Notes under the pieces: generated by a model
Told to the model about the DNA's origin: nothing
Database searches by the model: none
Seen by the model: the letters and a program-made list of their open reading frames with translations, nothing else
Program-made: the position numbers and the translations under genes
Shown: piece after piece, positions 56,037-64,000 of the stretch
How the letters are laid out: each line of letters opens with the position of its first letter
Numbering within the stretch: the stretch's first letter is position 1
DNA from: Candidatus Uhrbacteria bacterium
GTDB lineage: Bacteria > Patescibacteriota > Patescibacteriia > UBA9934 > UBA10169
Reading direction: 5' to 3'
NCBI GenBank assembly: GCA_016187485.1
Contig: JACPJO010000005.1
Span: 155,519 to 219,518, forward strand
DNA: 64,000 nucleotides

Positions 56037-56967
56037 GGAGGTGCGTGCTGTTCCTTGTTGCGTTGTTTTGGGGGATCGTTGAAACATATTTCTGTATGAT
56101 CCGCAGTCGCGCGCTCCGTGAGCGCGGGTTTGTGCGAATCTCCTCTTTTGTTGGTTTCTGTGCATTCTTTGGCTGACAAGCGCCTTCTCCTTTTGCAACT
56201 CGCTCTCGCATAAACATCTTTACGATGCGATCTTCAAGCGAATGGAAGGAGATGACCGCGAGACGGCCGCCCGGAGCGAGTAGGTTCCAGATGGCAGGCA
56301 GTCCTGCGCGGAGTTCGCCGAGCTCGTCGTTTACAGCAATGCGCAAGGCTTGGAAGATATGCGTCGCTGGATGAATCCGACGGCTATCGCTGTGGCGTTG
56401 CTCCGCAATGAAGTTGGCTATATCAGTCGTGGTGTGGAACGGCTGTGCGCGCCGGCGAGCAATGATCGCCTGTGCGAGGCGCGCGGCATGTCGTTCTTCT
56501 CCATAACGGGAGAAGATCATCGCGAGGTCCTGTGCGCTCCACGTATTGATGATGTCCGCAGCCGAGAAGGAAAGAGACGGATCGTAGCGCATGTCGAGCG
56601 GCCCTTCCGTCTGAAAGCTGAAACCGCGTGCGGGGTCGTCCACATGGGACGAAGCAAACCCGAGGTCCAACAGTGCGCAATCCACGTTACGAATTCCATG
56701 TTCATAAGCTATGCGGGTCGCGTCTTTGTACGATCCCGCGTTCCACTCCACATTCTTCCACCCTCGGAGGCGATCTTTGGCGCGTGCAAGCTGTGCAGGA
56801 TCGCGGTCTATGGCCAGAAGCCTCCCGTTTTTCCCGATTCGCTCAAGAATGGCCCCGGCATGCCCGCCCAGTCCTACGGTTCCATCTAAAACCGTAAGGC
56901 CTGGACGAAGCGCCAGGCCCTCTATCACCTCCGTTAACATAACCGGGGCATGAGAGAAGATCTTCAT
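56017..56967 (-). CDS. rsmH: 16S rRNA (cytosine1402-N4)-methyltransferase RsmH (MraW)
   Basis: DGTVGLGGHA SAM motif, DLGFAS, ISFHSLEDRIVK. Confidence 0.85.
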   Translation of the reverse strand: MKIFSHAPVMLTEVIEGLALRPGLTVLDGTVGLGGHAGAILERIGKNGRLLAIDRDPAQLARAKDRLRGWKNVEWNAGSYKDATRIAYEHGIRNVDCALLDLGFASSHVDDPARGFSFQTEGPLDMRYDPSLSFSAADIINTWSAQDLAMIFSRYGEERHAARLAQAIIARRRAQPFHTTTDIANFIAEQRHSDSRRIHPATHIFQALRIAVNDELGELRAGLPAIWNLLAPGGRLAVISFHSLEDRIVKMFMRERVAKGEGACQPKNAQKPTKEEIRTNPRSRSARLRIIQKYVSTIPQNNATRNSTHLHVDAPA

Positions 56968-57395
56968 AGGCCAAGCTCGCCAAGTTGTTCAGCGATATTC
57001 CCCGAATCCTTCTCCGCCGAGCGTTTATACGACTCCCAACGGGCAGGATCCCAAAGTTCAATGCGATCAAAGACGCCTGCGAAAACGATCTCTTTGCGTA
57101 TGCCAGAGTAGTGCCGAAGGTAGTCGGGCAGACCAACGCGTCCCTGTTTATCCACGTCAACCTCCATCGCGCCCGCAAGCATAAGCCGCGAAAGCGCGCG
57201 AGAAGTGGCGCGCCCCAAGGGCAAACTAGCTAAACGTTTCGCCAGTTTGTCCCACTCCTCTTTAGGGAACAGGAACAGCGAGGTGTCGAGGCCTCGTGTC
57301 ACCACCGCACCGCGTTTGAGAGCATCTCGAAAGCGGGCCGGAATGGCCACGCGTCCTTTTTCGTCTAAACGATGTCGGTATTCACCAAAAAACAT
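56964..57395 (-). CDS. mraZ: transcriptional regulator MraZ
   Basis: Two DxxxR-type repeats (LDEKGRVAIP / VDKQGRVGLP). Start trimmed to MFFGEY. Confidence 0.8.
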   Translation of the reverse strand: MFFGEYRHRLDEKGRVAIPARFRDALKRGAVVTRGLDTSLFLFPKEEWDKLAKRLASLPLGRATSRALSRLMLAGAMEVDVDKQGRVGLPDYLRHYSGIRKEIVFAGVFDRIELWDPARWESYKRSAEKDSGNIAEQLGELGL

Positions 57396-57615
57396 ATGGG
57401 GTTCGCCCACGACCAATGTTGACTTCCACGGAAAGCCCAGCTGAGGCTCGGCGAAGGGGAATAAAAAATGGGAAAAGAGATTCCCCACGTCCAACCACGA
57501 TTTACCCTTCGCTCCCCACTTTATACCACTTTGTTTTTGCCGGCAATACGGAGGTGTGGATAAAGAAAACAAAGACGAGGTCGAGGGACCCCGTCTATAA
57601 CTTCTGATAGTGGAT

Positions 57616-57855
57616 CTACTTTCTCCGGAGACCAACAATGGCGCCAAAGATCCCTCCAATCAATGTTCCCCACCCCATGGCCATCGTAAGAAGTATAGGC
57701 ACGGGTATGAACTCGCCCCCCATGTAGGATGCCGGGACAGAAAGGGAGAGAATAAGGAAGATGAGAAGGCCAAAAATGAGACCGCCGAGCATGCCGGCAA
57801 ACGCGCCGACAAATCCTCCGGCGACCACATGAACGAGCGGATCGCGTGATCGCAT
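57616..57855 (-). CDS. small hypothetical membrane protein (2 TM helices)
   Basis: Gly-rich hydrophobic helices; short ORF. Confidence 0.3.
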   Translation of the reverse strand: MRSRDPLVHVVAGGFVGAFAGMLGGLIFGLLIFLILSLSVPASYMGGEFIPVPILLTMAMGWGTLIGGIFGAIVGLRRK

Positions 57856-57886
57856 AAAAAAATTAAGAAAAGTTTTTAAGAGTATA

Positions 57887-59200
57887 TCACAGCCCAAGCG
57901 AGAAGCGTGTGCGTAACTTACGGTGATAGGCCACGGCAAAGCGATGTGCTTCGTCCCGCGCGCGCTGAAACAACTCTTTACCCCGCGTCGCCACGCGCGC
58001 AAGTTCCGCGTCATGGTGGTCGAAGACGAGACGGTCCTGTTTGCGATCAAAGCCTTTAGCAATACCGATGACTTTGGGAACTTTTCCACCCTTTCCAATT
58101 TTTCCAACCTCCTCAACCACCGTTCTCACCTGCCCCTCCCCTCCATCAATAACCAGGACTTCCGGAAGCGGCCATGCATGGGGCTGCCGGCGAGCTCGGG
58201 CCAAACGACGGCGGAGGACCTCCTCCATCATAGCCACGTCGTTCGCGCCTTTCACTGTGCGAATCTTAAATCGGCGGTACTTGTCCTTTGCCGGCTTTCC
58301 ATGCTCGAAGACCACCATTGATCCCACAGCCGAGGTGCCAGAAATGTTTGAGATGTCATATGCCTCGATGCGCCCTTCAAGATCAATCCCTGACTCTTCA
58401 TATGTTCCCCGAACGTCCGGCACGTCACGCTGAATAAGCGCCACGTCACGGATATGATCAAGAGCGAACAGACGATTACGGAGCGTTGCGGCTTCTTCAA
58501 AGCGTTCCCGTCGCGCGGCGTTCTCCATGCGTTCTCGTAAAAGTGTGCGGAGTTCTCGTGTTCGCCCGCGAAAGAAGAGTATGAGGTCACGGATATATTT
58601 GCGATAGGCGGTGGGGGAAATGGTTTTTATGCAGACGCCGGGACAGAGTCCGATCGAGACAGAAAAACAGGCGCGGCGCGCGCCGGGTAAGCAGTCACTC
58701 CACGGAATAAACTTCCGGACCAGATCAAGCGCGACACGGAGGCTCTGCGCGCTCATGTAGGGGCCGAAGAGCGTAAGGAATTGCTTGCGCGCGATGTGGG
58801 AAAGTTTCCGCTCAAACGGTCGCACTCCTAAACGTTCAAGCTCAAGACCGCGCAGGATAAACGGTCGTGGATACTGTTCATTCGTGATAGCCAGATAACA
58901 AAAACTCTTATCGTCTTTCTGGCGCACGTTGTAAAACGGTTGATGCGCGCGAATTTGGTTCGCCTCAAGCACCAGCGCTTCGAGCACCGTGGGAAGTTGC
59001 TCATATTCAATTCGCGCAATACGTGCGACAAGTTCCTCGGTACGGCGCGTATGCGCTTTGACAAAATAGGACTCCACCCGGCGTTTGAGCGATGTCGCCT
59101 TGCCGATGTAAAGCAATTCTCCCCTCTTGTCGTAATAAAAATACACTCCGGGCTCATCCGGGAGCTTTCCGTTCTTGATGGTAATCATCTCTGGAATCAT
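57887..59200 (-). CDS. uvrC: excinuclease ABC subunit C (short form, GIY-YIG + UvrBC-interaction + RNase H-like domains)
   Basis: GVYFYYDKRGELLYIGKATSLKRRVESYF (GIY-YIG), central Cys cluster. No C-terminal HhH seen. Confidence 0.75.
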   Translation of the reverse strand: MIPEMITIKNGKLPDEPGVYFYYDKRGELLYIGKATSLKRRVESYFVKAHTRRTEELVARIARIEYEQLPTVLEALVLEANQIRAHQPFYNVRQKDDKSFCYLAITNEQYPRPFILRGLELERLGVRPFERKLSHIARKQFLTLFGPYMSAQSLRVALDLVRKFIPWSDCLPGARRACFSVSIGLCPGVCIKTISPTAYRKYIRDLILFFRGRTRELRTLLRERMENAARRERFEEAATLRNRLFALDHIRDVALIQRDVPDVRGTYEESGIDLEGRIEAYDISNISGTSAVGSMVVFEHGKPAKDKYRRFKIRTVKGANDVAMMEEVLRRRLARARRQPHAWPLPEVLVIDGGEGQVRTVVEEVGKIGKGGKVPKVIGIAKGFDRKQDRLVFDHHDAELARVATRGKELFQRARDEAHRFAVAYHRKLRTRFSLGL

Positions 59201-59221
59201 GCGTGTTATACTGTGTGCATT

Positions 59222-59641
59222 ATGACATCTTTCGCTCTTCTTTTTACACTTGCCGCCATCGGCGTCGCCGAAGCGCGCTACCTCCTCCACAAACGTCTCG
59301 CAGAGGAACATCCCGTCTGCCCGATCGGCGGTCAGTGCGAGCTGGTACTAAATAGCGAGTATAACAGAACATTTGGCGTACACAACGACCTTCTCGGCCT
59401 CGGATTTTATACGGGTCTGCTGGTCCTTACAGCGCTTGTCGTGCTCGGAGTGGGAGCTACCGCCCTCTGGAGCGTCATCGCTGCCATGATGGTTACCGGT
59501 GCCGCCATAACTTCCCTCTATTTCATCTACATTCAAGCACGCGTGGTTCGTGCGTGGTGTACATGGTGTCTTTTTTCCGCCCTCACCATCTTCCTTATGA
59601 CCGCCATTTTGATAACCAAAGGTTTTATTCTTGTTCTATGA
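59222..59641 (+). CDS. vitamin K epoxide reductase (VKOR)-family thiol-disulfide oxidoreductase
   Basis: Loop cysteines CPIGGQC and active-site CTWC within a TM helix. Confidence 0.55.
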   Translation: MTSFALLFTLAAIGVAEARYLLHKRLAEEHPVCPIGGQCELVLNSEYNRTFGVHNDLLGLGFYTGLLVLTALVVLGVGATALWSVIAAMMVTGAAITSLYFIYIQARVVRAWCTWCLFSALTIFLMTAILITKGFILVL

Positions 59642-60006
59642 AAGACTCTTCCTACCATATTCTGCGCGTCGGAATTGCCATTACCTTCCTGTGGATCGGA
59701 CTACTTATCTTTAAAGAGCCTGAAGCGTGGGGCGCGTTTTTGCAACCCTGGGCAGCGGGTATTCTTCCCATGCCTATTGAACAGGCCATGACCAGCACCG
59801 CCGTTTTAGATCTACTCATTGGCCTTGCTCTTCTACTGGATTTCTACGTCTGGCTCGCCGCTCTACTTGGCATGATCCATCTTGTGATTGTTCTCACTGT
59901 CTCCGGCATCAATCCTATCACCGTCCGCGACATCGGTTTGTTGACGGGGACCTTCGCCCTTCTTTATCCCGATTTGAAGACCTGGTGGGAAAAACGAGAA
60001 CTTTGA
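59638..60006 (+). CDS. DoxX-like small membrane protein
   Basis: ATGA-coupled to the VKOR gene; 4 TM helices. Confidence 0.45.
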   Translation: MKDSSYHILRVGIAITFLWIGLLIFKEPEAWGAFLQPWAAGILPMPIEQAMTSTAVLDLLIGLALLLDFYVWLAALLGMIHLVIVLTVSGINPITVRDIGLLTGTFALLYPDLKTWWEKREL

Positions 60007-60035
60007 CGACGACACGACACTCGGTGTCGTCGTGG
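60007..60035. repeat. REP-like palindrome (family B, core ACAC-TCG-GTGT): ACGACGACACGACACTCGGTGTCGTCGT
   Basis: Read directly; abuts the stop at 60006. Confidence 0.65.
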
Positions 60036-60036
60036 T

Positions 60037-60714
60037 TTATTCGTCGAAAGAACCTCCCGGAATATCGAATGTGAGTGCCATGCGGCCGACCCACTCTTCC
60101 ATTTCCTTAAGGTACTCTAACGGGTCTGGAGCTCTTTCTTTTAGATACTGCTCGTCTAAAATAGGGACTCGCTCCAACTGTCCACGAAATGCATGATAAC
60201 TAGACCAGGAATACACGTCCAGGAATGTTTTGGCTTTTGGCCATTCCTTAGAAACCCCCTCCCTCCATAATATTCCGCTTAAATCGAGGGGGTTTAAGTG
60301 AATATAATTTGTGAGATGGAACCATTGAGATTCCCTGCAGATATGGACACACCTGTAGGCAGACTCAAAGAGTGTGCCTCTACGTTCATGGAGAGTATTA
60401 AAGTATTTTGCATATGCCATCTGGAATCGTTGAAGGAACCTCTGAATCCCATTTTCCTTTACCTGCTTCAATTTCATGTGAAAATGATTCGGCATAATAA
60501 CGTAAGAGCAGATTGCAACAAGCCGCTTCTCTTTTAGAACAACACTCGGTGTTGTTCTAAGTATATCCCTGGAAAGCCGATCTTCTTGATTACAAAAATG
60601 AAGCAGCAAAAGAAACCTTTCAAAATCCCCGTCATTATGAAAGAGGGTTTGTCGATCTACTCCTCTATTAAAGACGTGGTAATACTCTCCGATGGCTAAT
60701 TCAGTGTTCCTCAT
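60037..60714 (-). mobile_element. second IS200-like/RAYT (HuH Y1) transposase gene, diverged paralog
   Basis: YHVFNRGVDRQTLF and MPNHFHMKL (HuH) motifs; 225 aa. Surrounded by family-B REP palindromes. Confidence 0.65.
60538..60558. repeat. family-B REP palindrome GAACAACACTCGGTGTTGTTC located inside the RAYT2 coding region
   Basis: Read directly. Confidence 0.75.
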
Positions 60715-60721
60715 AAAATGT

Positions 60722-60739
60722 CGAGACTCGGTGTTGTCG
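60722..60739. repeat. family-B REP (imperfect) CGAGACTCGGTGTTGTCG just upstream of RAYT2
   Basis: Read directly. Confidence 0.55.
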
Positions 60740-60854
60740 TCAAAAACATAAACTCCCCAGCTCTTATAGTGGGGAGTTTATTACTTACTTTGCTTAGTCA
60801 ATCATATTTTCATTTAAAAATCAAGGTGTCGCTGTGGAAAACCTGTCACAATAA

Positions 60855-60877
60855 CCTACAACACTCGGTGTTGTAGG
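60855..60877. repeat. family-B REP perfect palindrome CCTACAACACTCGGTGTTGTAGG
   Basis: Read directly. Confidence 0.75.
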
Positions 60878-60904
60878 TAGTATGGGGTGCTTTCTTTAGA
60901 TACG

Positions 60905-60924
60905 AAAACCGCCCAATGGGGCGG
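60905..60924 (-). terminator. rho-independent terminator CCGCCCaatgGGGCGG plus TTTT (minus-strand sense)
   Basis: Downstream of the stop at 60962. Confidence 0.6.
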
Positions 60925-60961
60925 TAGGTAAGTGAGGGCCCTCCCCGAGCGGGAGGCAACC

Positions 60962-62446
60962 CTAGTGCTTCATGGCGTTGTCCGTTTGCGCGGCGAGAAG
61001 CATGGGTGCGATGGTCCGGTCGAAGAGGACGCGGATCTCGTGCGCTCGGACATCCCGGCCGAGATTCTCTTGCAATGTCGCAAGATTGTTCGCCTCGAGA
61101 GTCAGTGCCTCGACCCTCTGCACGCTGAGCGATCCAGCCTTGGCCCGAGACGATACCTCATCACATGTGGCGAGGAAGCGCTCGGTCCATCGATCAATGG
61201 ACGCAGCGTGAGATGACCCAACCTCCTCGACAAGAAGTCTGTCCCAGTGGGCCCTGGCCAAGAAGTAGAACACTTCGGCCACATTGGCGAGCGCCTCCGG
61301 CTCCATATCGTCCGTGACGAGGGACAGCGGTCCGACCGGCAAACCCTGGTGTGGATTGTACGGATTGCAGAGAGACGCGCCTTCCAACCGGAGATTCCCC
61401 TGCAGTAACTGGTCGAACTCTTCTCCCACCTTGATGGCCCGAGCCGCATCCCCAACCTCCTGCGCCAGAAGATACAACTCTCTAAAGAACGCGCCGACAA
61501 CGCTCTCTTTGGCACGCTGGAACGTCTCCGGCCCATCGATCTGACTCGGCGCCGCTCGAGCAAAGGCCTCGAGAGCGCACTGCCGTCGTGCCATCGTGTG
61601 CGTCAGGGATTGGACGGCGATATCCAGGTTGCGGCCACTCGCAGGCATGAGCCTATCGACCATGGCCTTTCGCAAATCCGTCATCTCGAGAAGCAACGCA
61701 GCCTGCGCCAGGTTGTCGTCCGCCCGAATGAAGGCCGCCTGGAGAACATCCAGACCGCGGCGGAGATGTTGGTCGGACGAGCCGTGCCACTCCTCGTCCG
61801 ATGGATGCTCGATGTAGGACCCGTGGTAGCGAGCCATGAAGACAGCCACAGCCGTCTCCGCTCCTGCTTCCGTGGCCTCGTCGAGTACCTCTCGCACCAT
61901 CTCCACGAGCGAATCGAACTCGGAGGTGTCCCGATCTCGATTGACGGCCTCCCGGAGCACTTTGAGCGCAACCATGCTCCGCTGCTGCGACACTTGGCGA
62001 TCGAGTGCAGGATTCAACCGTAGGGAATCGCCGAGCACATAGGCGATGGCGAGCGAAAGCCCGAGCGTCCATTTGTCGCGCTCCGCTGGGGGATAGTCAG
62101 CAATATTCCTCGCGTAGTCCCTCGGCGCCTGCTCCAATTCCGCGAGCATGCGGCCTTCCTCCTCCTCCGTGAACACGTAGCCGCCGACTAGAAGCCGGAC
62201 AGCGTGGAGGGCGAACGTGTCGAACGCATTGCCAATCCTGGCCTGGGGCGTGAACGCCGGCTCTGCGAGAGGCGTCAGTGCCTCCAGTCCGACACGCGCG
62301 TTCACGTACTGGCGGAGGATGTACGCTTGCTTCCCGACCTCACTAGTGGACTCGAGGCTGTAGGACACGTCCCTTGCCACGCTCGTGATCGGAAGGAGGG
62401 ACACGATGGCGAGGAGCGCCGCGACCAGAAATGAACGAGAGAACAT
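60962..62446 (-). CDS. secreted hypothetical protein (signal peptide; GC-rich)
   Basis: MFSRSFLVAALLAIVSLLPITSVA signal peptide; 494 aa; alpha-helical composition; GC3-biased. Confidence 0.5.
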   Translation of the reverse strand: MFSRSFLVAALLAIVSLLPITSVARDVSYSLESTSEVGKQAYILRQYVNARVGLEALTPLAEPAFTPQARIGNAFDTFALHAVRLLVGGYVFTEEEEGRMLAELEQAPRDYARNIADYPPAERDKWTLGLSLAIAYVLGDSLRLNPALDRQVSQQRSMVALKVLREAVNRDRDTSEFDSLVEMVREVLDEATEAGAETAVAVFMARYHGSYIEHPSDEEWHGSSDQHLRRGLDVLQAAFIRADDNLAQAALLLEMTDLRKAMVDRLMPASGRNLDIAVQSLTHTMARRQCALEAFARAAPSQIDGPETFQRAKESVVGAFFRELYLLAQEVGDAARAIKVGEEFDQLLQGNLRLEGASLCNPYNPHQGLPVGPLSLVTDDMEPEALANVAEVFYFLARAHWDRLLVEEVGSSHAASIDRWTERFLATCDEVSSRAKAGSLSVQRVEALTLEANNLATLQENLGRDVRAHEIRVLFDRTIAPMLLAAQTDNAMKH

Positions 62447-62548
62447 GACAGAACCTCCGTATGCGGTTGCTTTCCGAAAGTCACTACGCCTTCCGGATAC
62501 GTGGAACCTAGCATAAAAGTAACTTCCTGTCTATCGGGGCAACCCTCC

Positions 62549-63562
62549 CTAAAAACTCACTCTCACACTCGCTAGTACCTCTTCATAAATCTTCGGATCA
62601 AGACCAGGAGCTGCGGCGACAACGTAGTATCGCGTCGCGCCTTCTCTGTCGCGGAAGTCCGTGACGATGTGGCGCTCGTTGCGCCATGCGGGTTGGTCGG
62701 GAAAGTCGGGAACGCCCGGCTTTTTTTCGATGTCGTAACGACGGGCTGTATAGTTCCCTCTTCCCACCTTGAGATCTTCCGCTGAGTAGATCGTTACGGT
62801 CGAGAGTGTCAGAAAATCACTCGCGTCAAAATAGCGAATAAACATCTGCGATCGCTCACGCGCTGACCCCTCGCCAGACATAGCAAAGAGATTCCACGCT
62901 TCAAGCTGCGGCACCCACTCTACTTCCCAACCGGCAGGAAGATCAAATGAGAGCCGAAGGACGTCACCCCCGCGCTCAATGGCTGGGTCAATCGTGCGGC
63001 TCGGCGATGTTGCCTCTTGCCCTTGTGCCGCAAACCAATCGTTTGGATTGAGCCATTTCTGAACGGCTGCTTCCTGCTGTTCGTACCCGTGAATCTTCCT
63101 CTCCCCTTCTTTGTACAATCCAAAGTGCAGATGCTCGCGTTCACCATCCGTTTCTTCCGATTTGTCGTCACCGAGATTTCCAATAATCTGTCCGGCGCTC
63201 ACTGAATCTCCCGCCTTGAGAGAAACGGACCCCAAATCCATGTGCCCATAAAGAGCCGTCACGTCACCGTGTTCAATCGCAACAAGTCCGCCGTATCCCC
63301 CAATGTAATCCACTCGCCGTACGACGCCATCCTTCACCGCCTTCACCGGTGTTTCTCCTGCCACGTCCGCCTCCACATCGTCGGCAACATGATACCCGGT
63401 AAACCGATCATCAAGATATTCGCCAAAACTTTTAAACCACCTCCCCTCGCGGTAATTTTCCACAGGAAAAGCCACCGTAGGTTTCGGTGTTTCTGATCCT
63501 CCCGGCGCCACACACCCAGCGCCGAGAAAGAAGATAAGACTTATAAGACCAACACGACCCAT
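62549..63562 (-). CDS. M23-family (LytM-like) metallopeptidase, lipoprotein-like N-terminus
   Basis: HGDVTALYGHMD...GQIIGNLG...HLHFGLY zinc-ligand pattern. LISLIFFLGAGC lipobox-like. Confidence 0.75.
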   Translation of the reverse strand: MGRVGLISLIFFLGAGCVAPGGSETPKPTVAFPVENYREGRWFKSFGEYLDDRFTGYHVADDVEADVAGETPVKAVKDGVVRRVDYIGGYGGLVAIEHGDVTALYGHMDLGSVSLKAGDSVSAGQIIGNLGDDKSEETDGEREHLHFGLYKEGERKIHGYEQQEAAVQKWLNPNDWFAAQGQEATSPSRTIDPAIERGGDVLRLSFDLPAGWEVEWVPQLEAWNLFAMSGEGSARERSQMFIRYFDASDFLTLSTVTIYSAEDLKVGRGNYTARRYDIEKKPGVPDFPDQPAWRNERHIVTDFRDREGATRYYVVAAAPGLDPKIYEEVLASVRVSF

Positions 63563-63567
63563 AAGAC

Positions 63568-64000
63568 CTAAATATATTTCTTCAAATACTGTCCCGTGTA
63601 ACTCGCTGGCACCTTGCAAATGTCCTCGGGCGTGCCTTCGGCGACGACTTCGCCACCCTTGTCGCCTCCTTCAGGACCCAAGTCGATAATCCAATCCGCT
63701 TGCTTAATGACATCAAGGTTGTGCTCAATGACGATAACCGTGTTGCCCTTGTCCACGAGCTTGTGGAGCACCTCCATGAGCTTGCGCACGTCGTGAAAGT
63801 GAAGCCCTGTGGTCGGCTCATCCAGCAGGTAGAGTGTCCGGCCCGTGGCCATTTTGGAAAGTTCCGCGGCAAGCTTCACGCGCTGAGCCTCTCCTCCTGA
63901 AAGTGTAGGCGCACTCTGTCCCACACGCAAGTATCCAAGTCCCACCTCGCAGAGCTTCCCAAAACGATCTTGCACAAGAGGAATGTCCTCGAAAAACTTC
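63568..64000 (-). CDS. uvrA: excinuclease ABC subunit A, C-terminal part (gene continues beyond the window end)
   Basis: [12 protein letters not shown] (ABC signature), [15 protein letters not shown] (Walker B), [23 protein letters not shown]. Confidence 0.85.
   Translation of the reverse strand, partial: KFFEDIPLVQDRFGKLCEVGLGYLRVGQSAPTLSGGEAQRVKLAAELSKMATGRTLYLLDEPTTGLHFHDVRKLMEVLHKLVDKGNTVIVIEHNLDVIKQADWIIDLGPEGGDKGGEVVAEGTPEDICKVPASYTGQYLKKYI

Overview
The window looks like a small-genome bacterium with a CPR/Patescibacteria-like gene content and roughly 50% GC. The taxon is inferred, not proven. Most genes are minus-strand housekeeping genes in the order: pilin/pilM, rnhA, recJ, lepA, mnmA, then a dGTPase-like gene and uppP, then secDF, secA, hpf, murB, murC, glyA, folD, dnaB, ybaB, recR, rplU, the mraZ/rsmH/ftsL/mraY-like cluster, tgt, uvrC, and a partial uvrA. 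No rRNA, tRNA or CRISPR array was recognised.

The most unusual region is a ~17 kb co-oriented locus at 15.5-32.4 kb. It holds six tandem paralogous cysteine-rich proteins of 570-580 aa with no signal peptide, an S51 (PepE-like) peptidase, and two ArsR-type regulators with two different palindromic operator-like motifs. Contiguous with it are two paralogous TraD/HerA-like P-loop ATPases and a large membrane protein. No protein family could be assigned to the cysteine-rich proteins from sequence alone.

Other accessory signals are listed below.
- Three copies of a 30-bp perfect palindrome are inserted in frame into mnmA, in an RPE-like manner, and a related tandem palindromic 11-mer sits in frame in murC.
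- lepA is disrupted near its 3' end.
- SecD carries an embedded parvulin-type PPIase domain.
- There are two IS200-like/RAYT transposase genes, each with its own family of REP-like palindromes.
- Several GC-rich (about 60-65%) gene cassettes each end in a conserved CT-tract + GC-hairpin + TTTCTGCTTT 3' module. They are probably horizontally acquired.

Coordinates read directly from the sequence may be off by 1-2 bp. CDS starts were adjusted from the ORF track, which also uses TTG/GTG starts.
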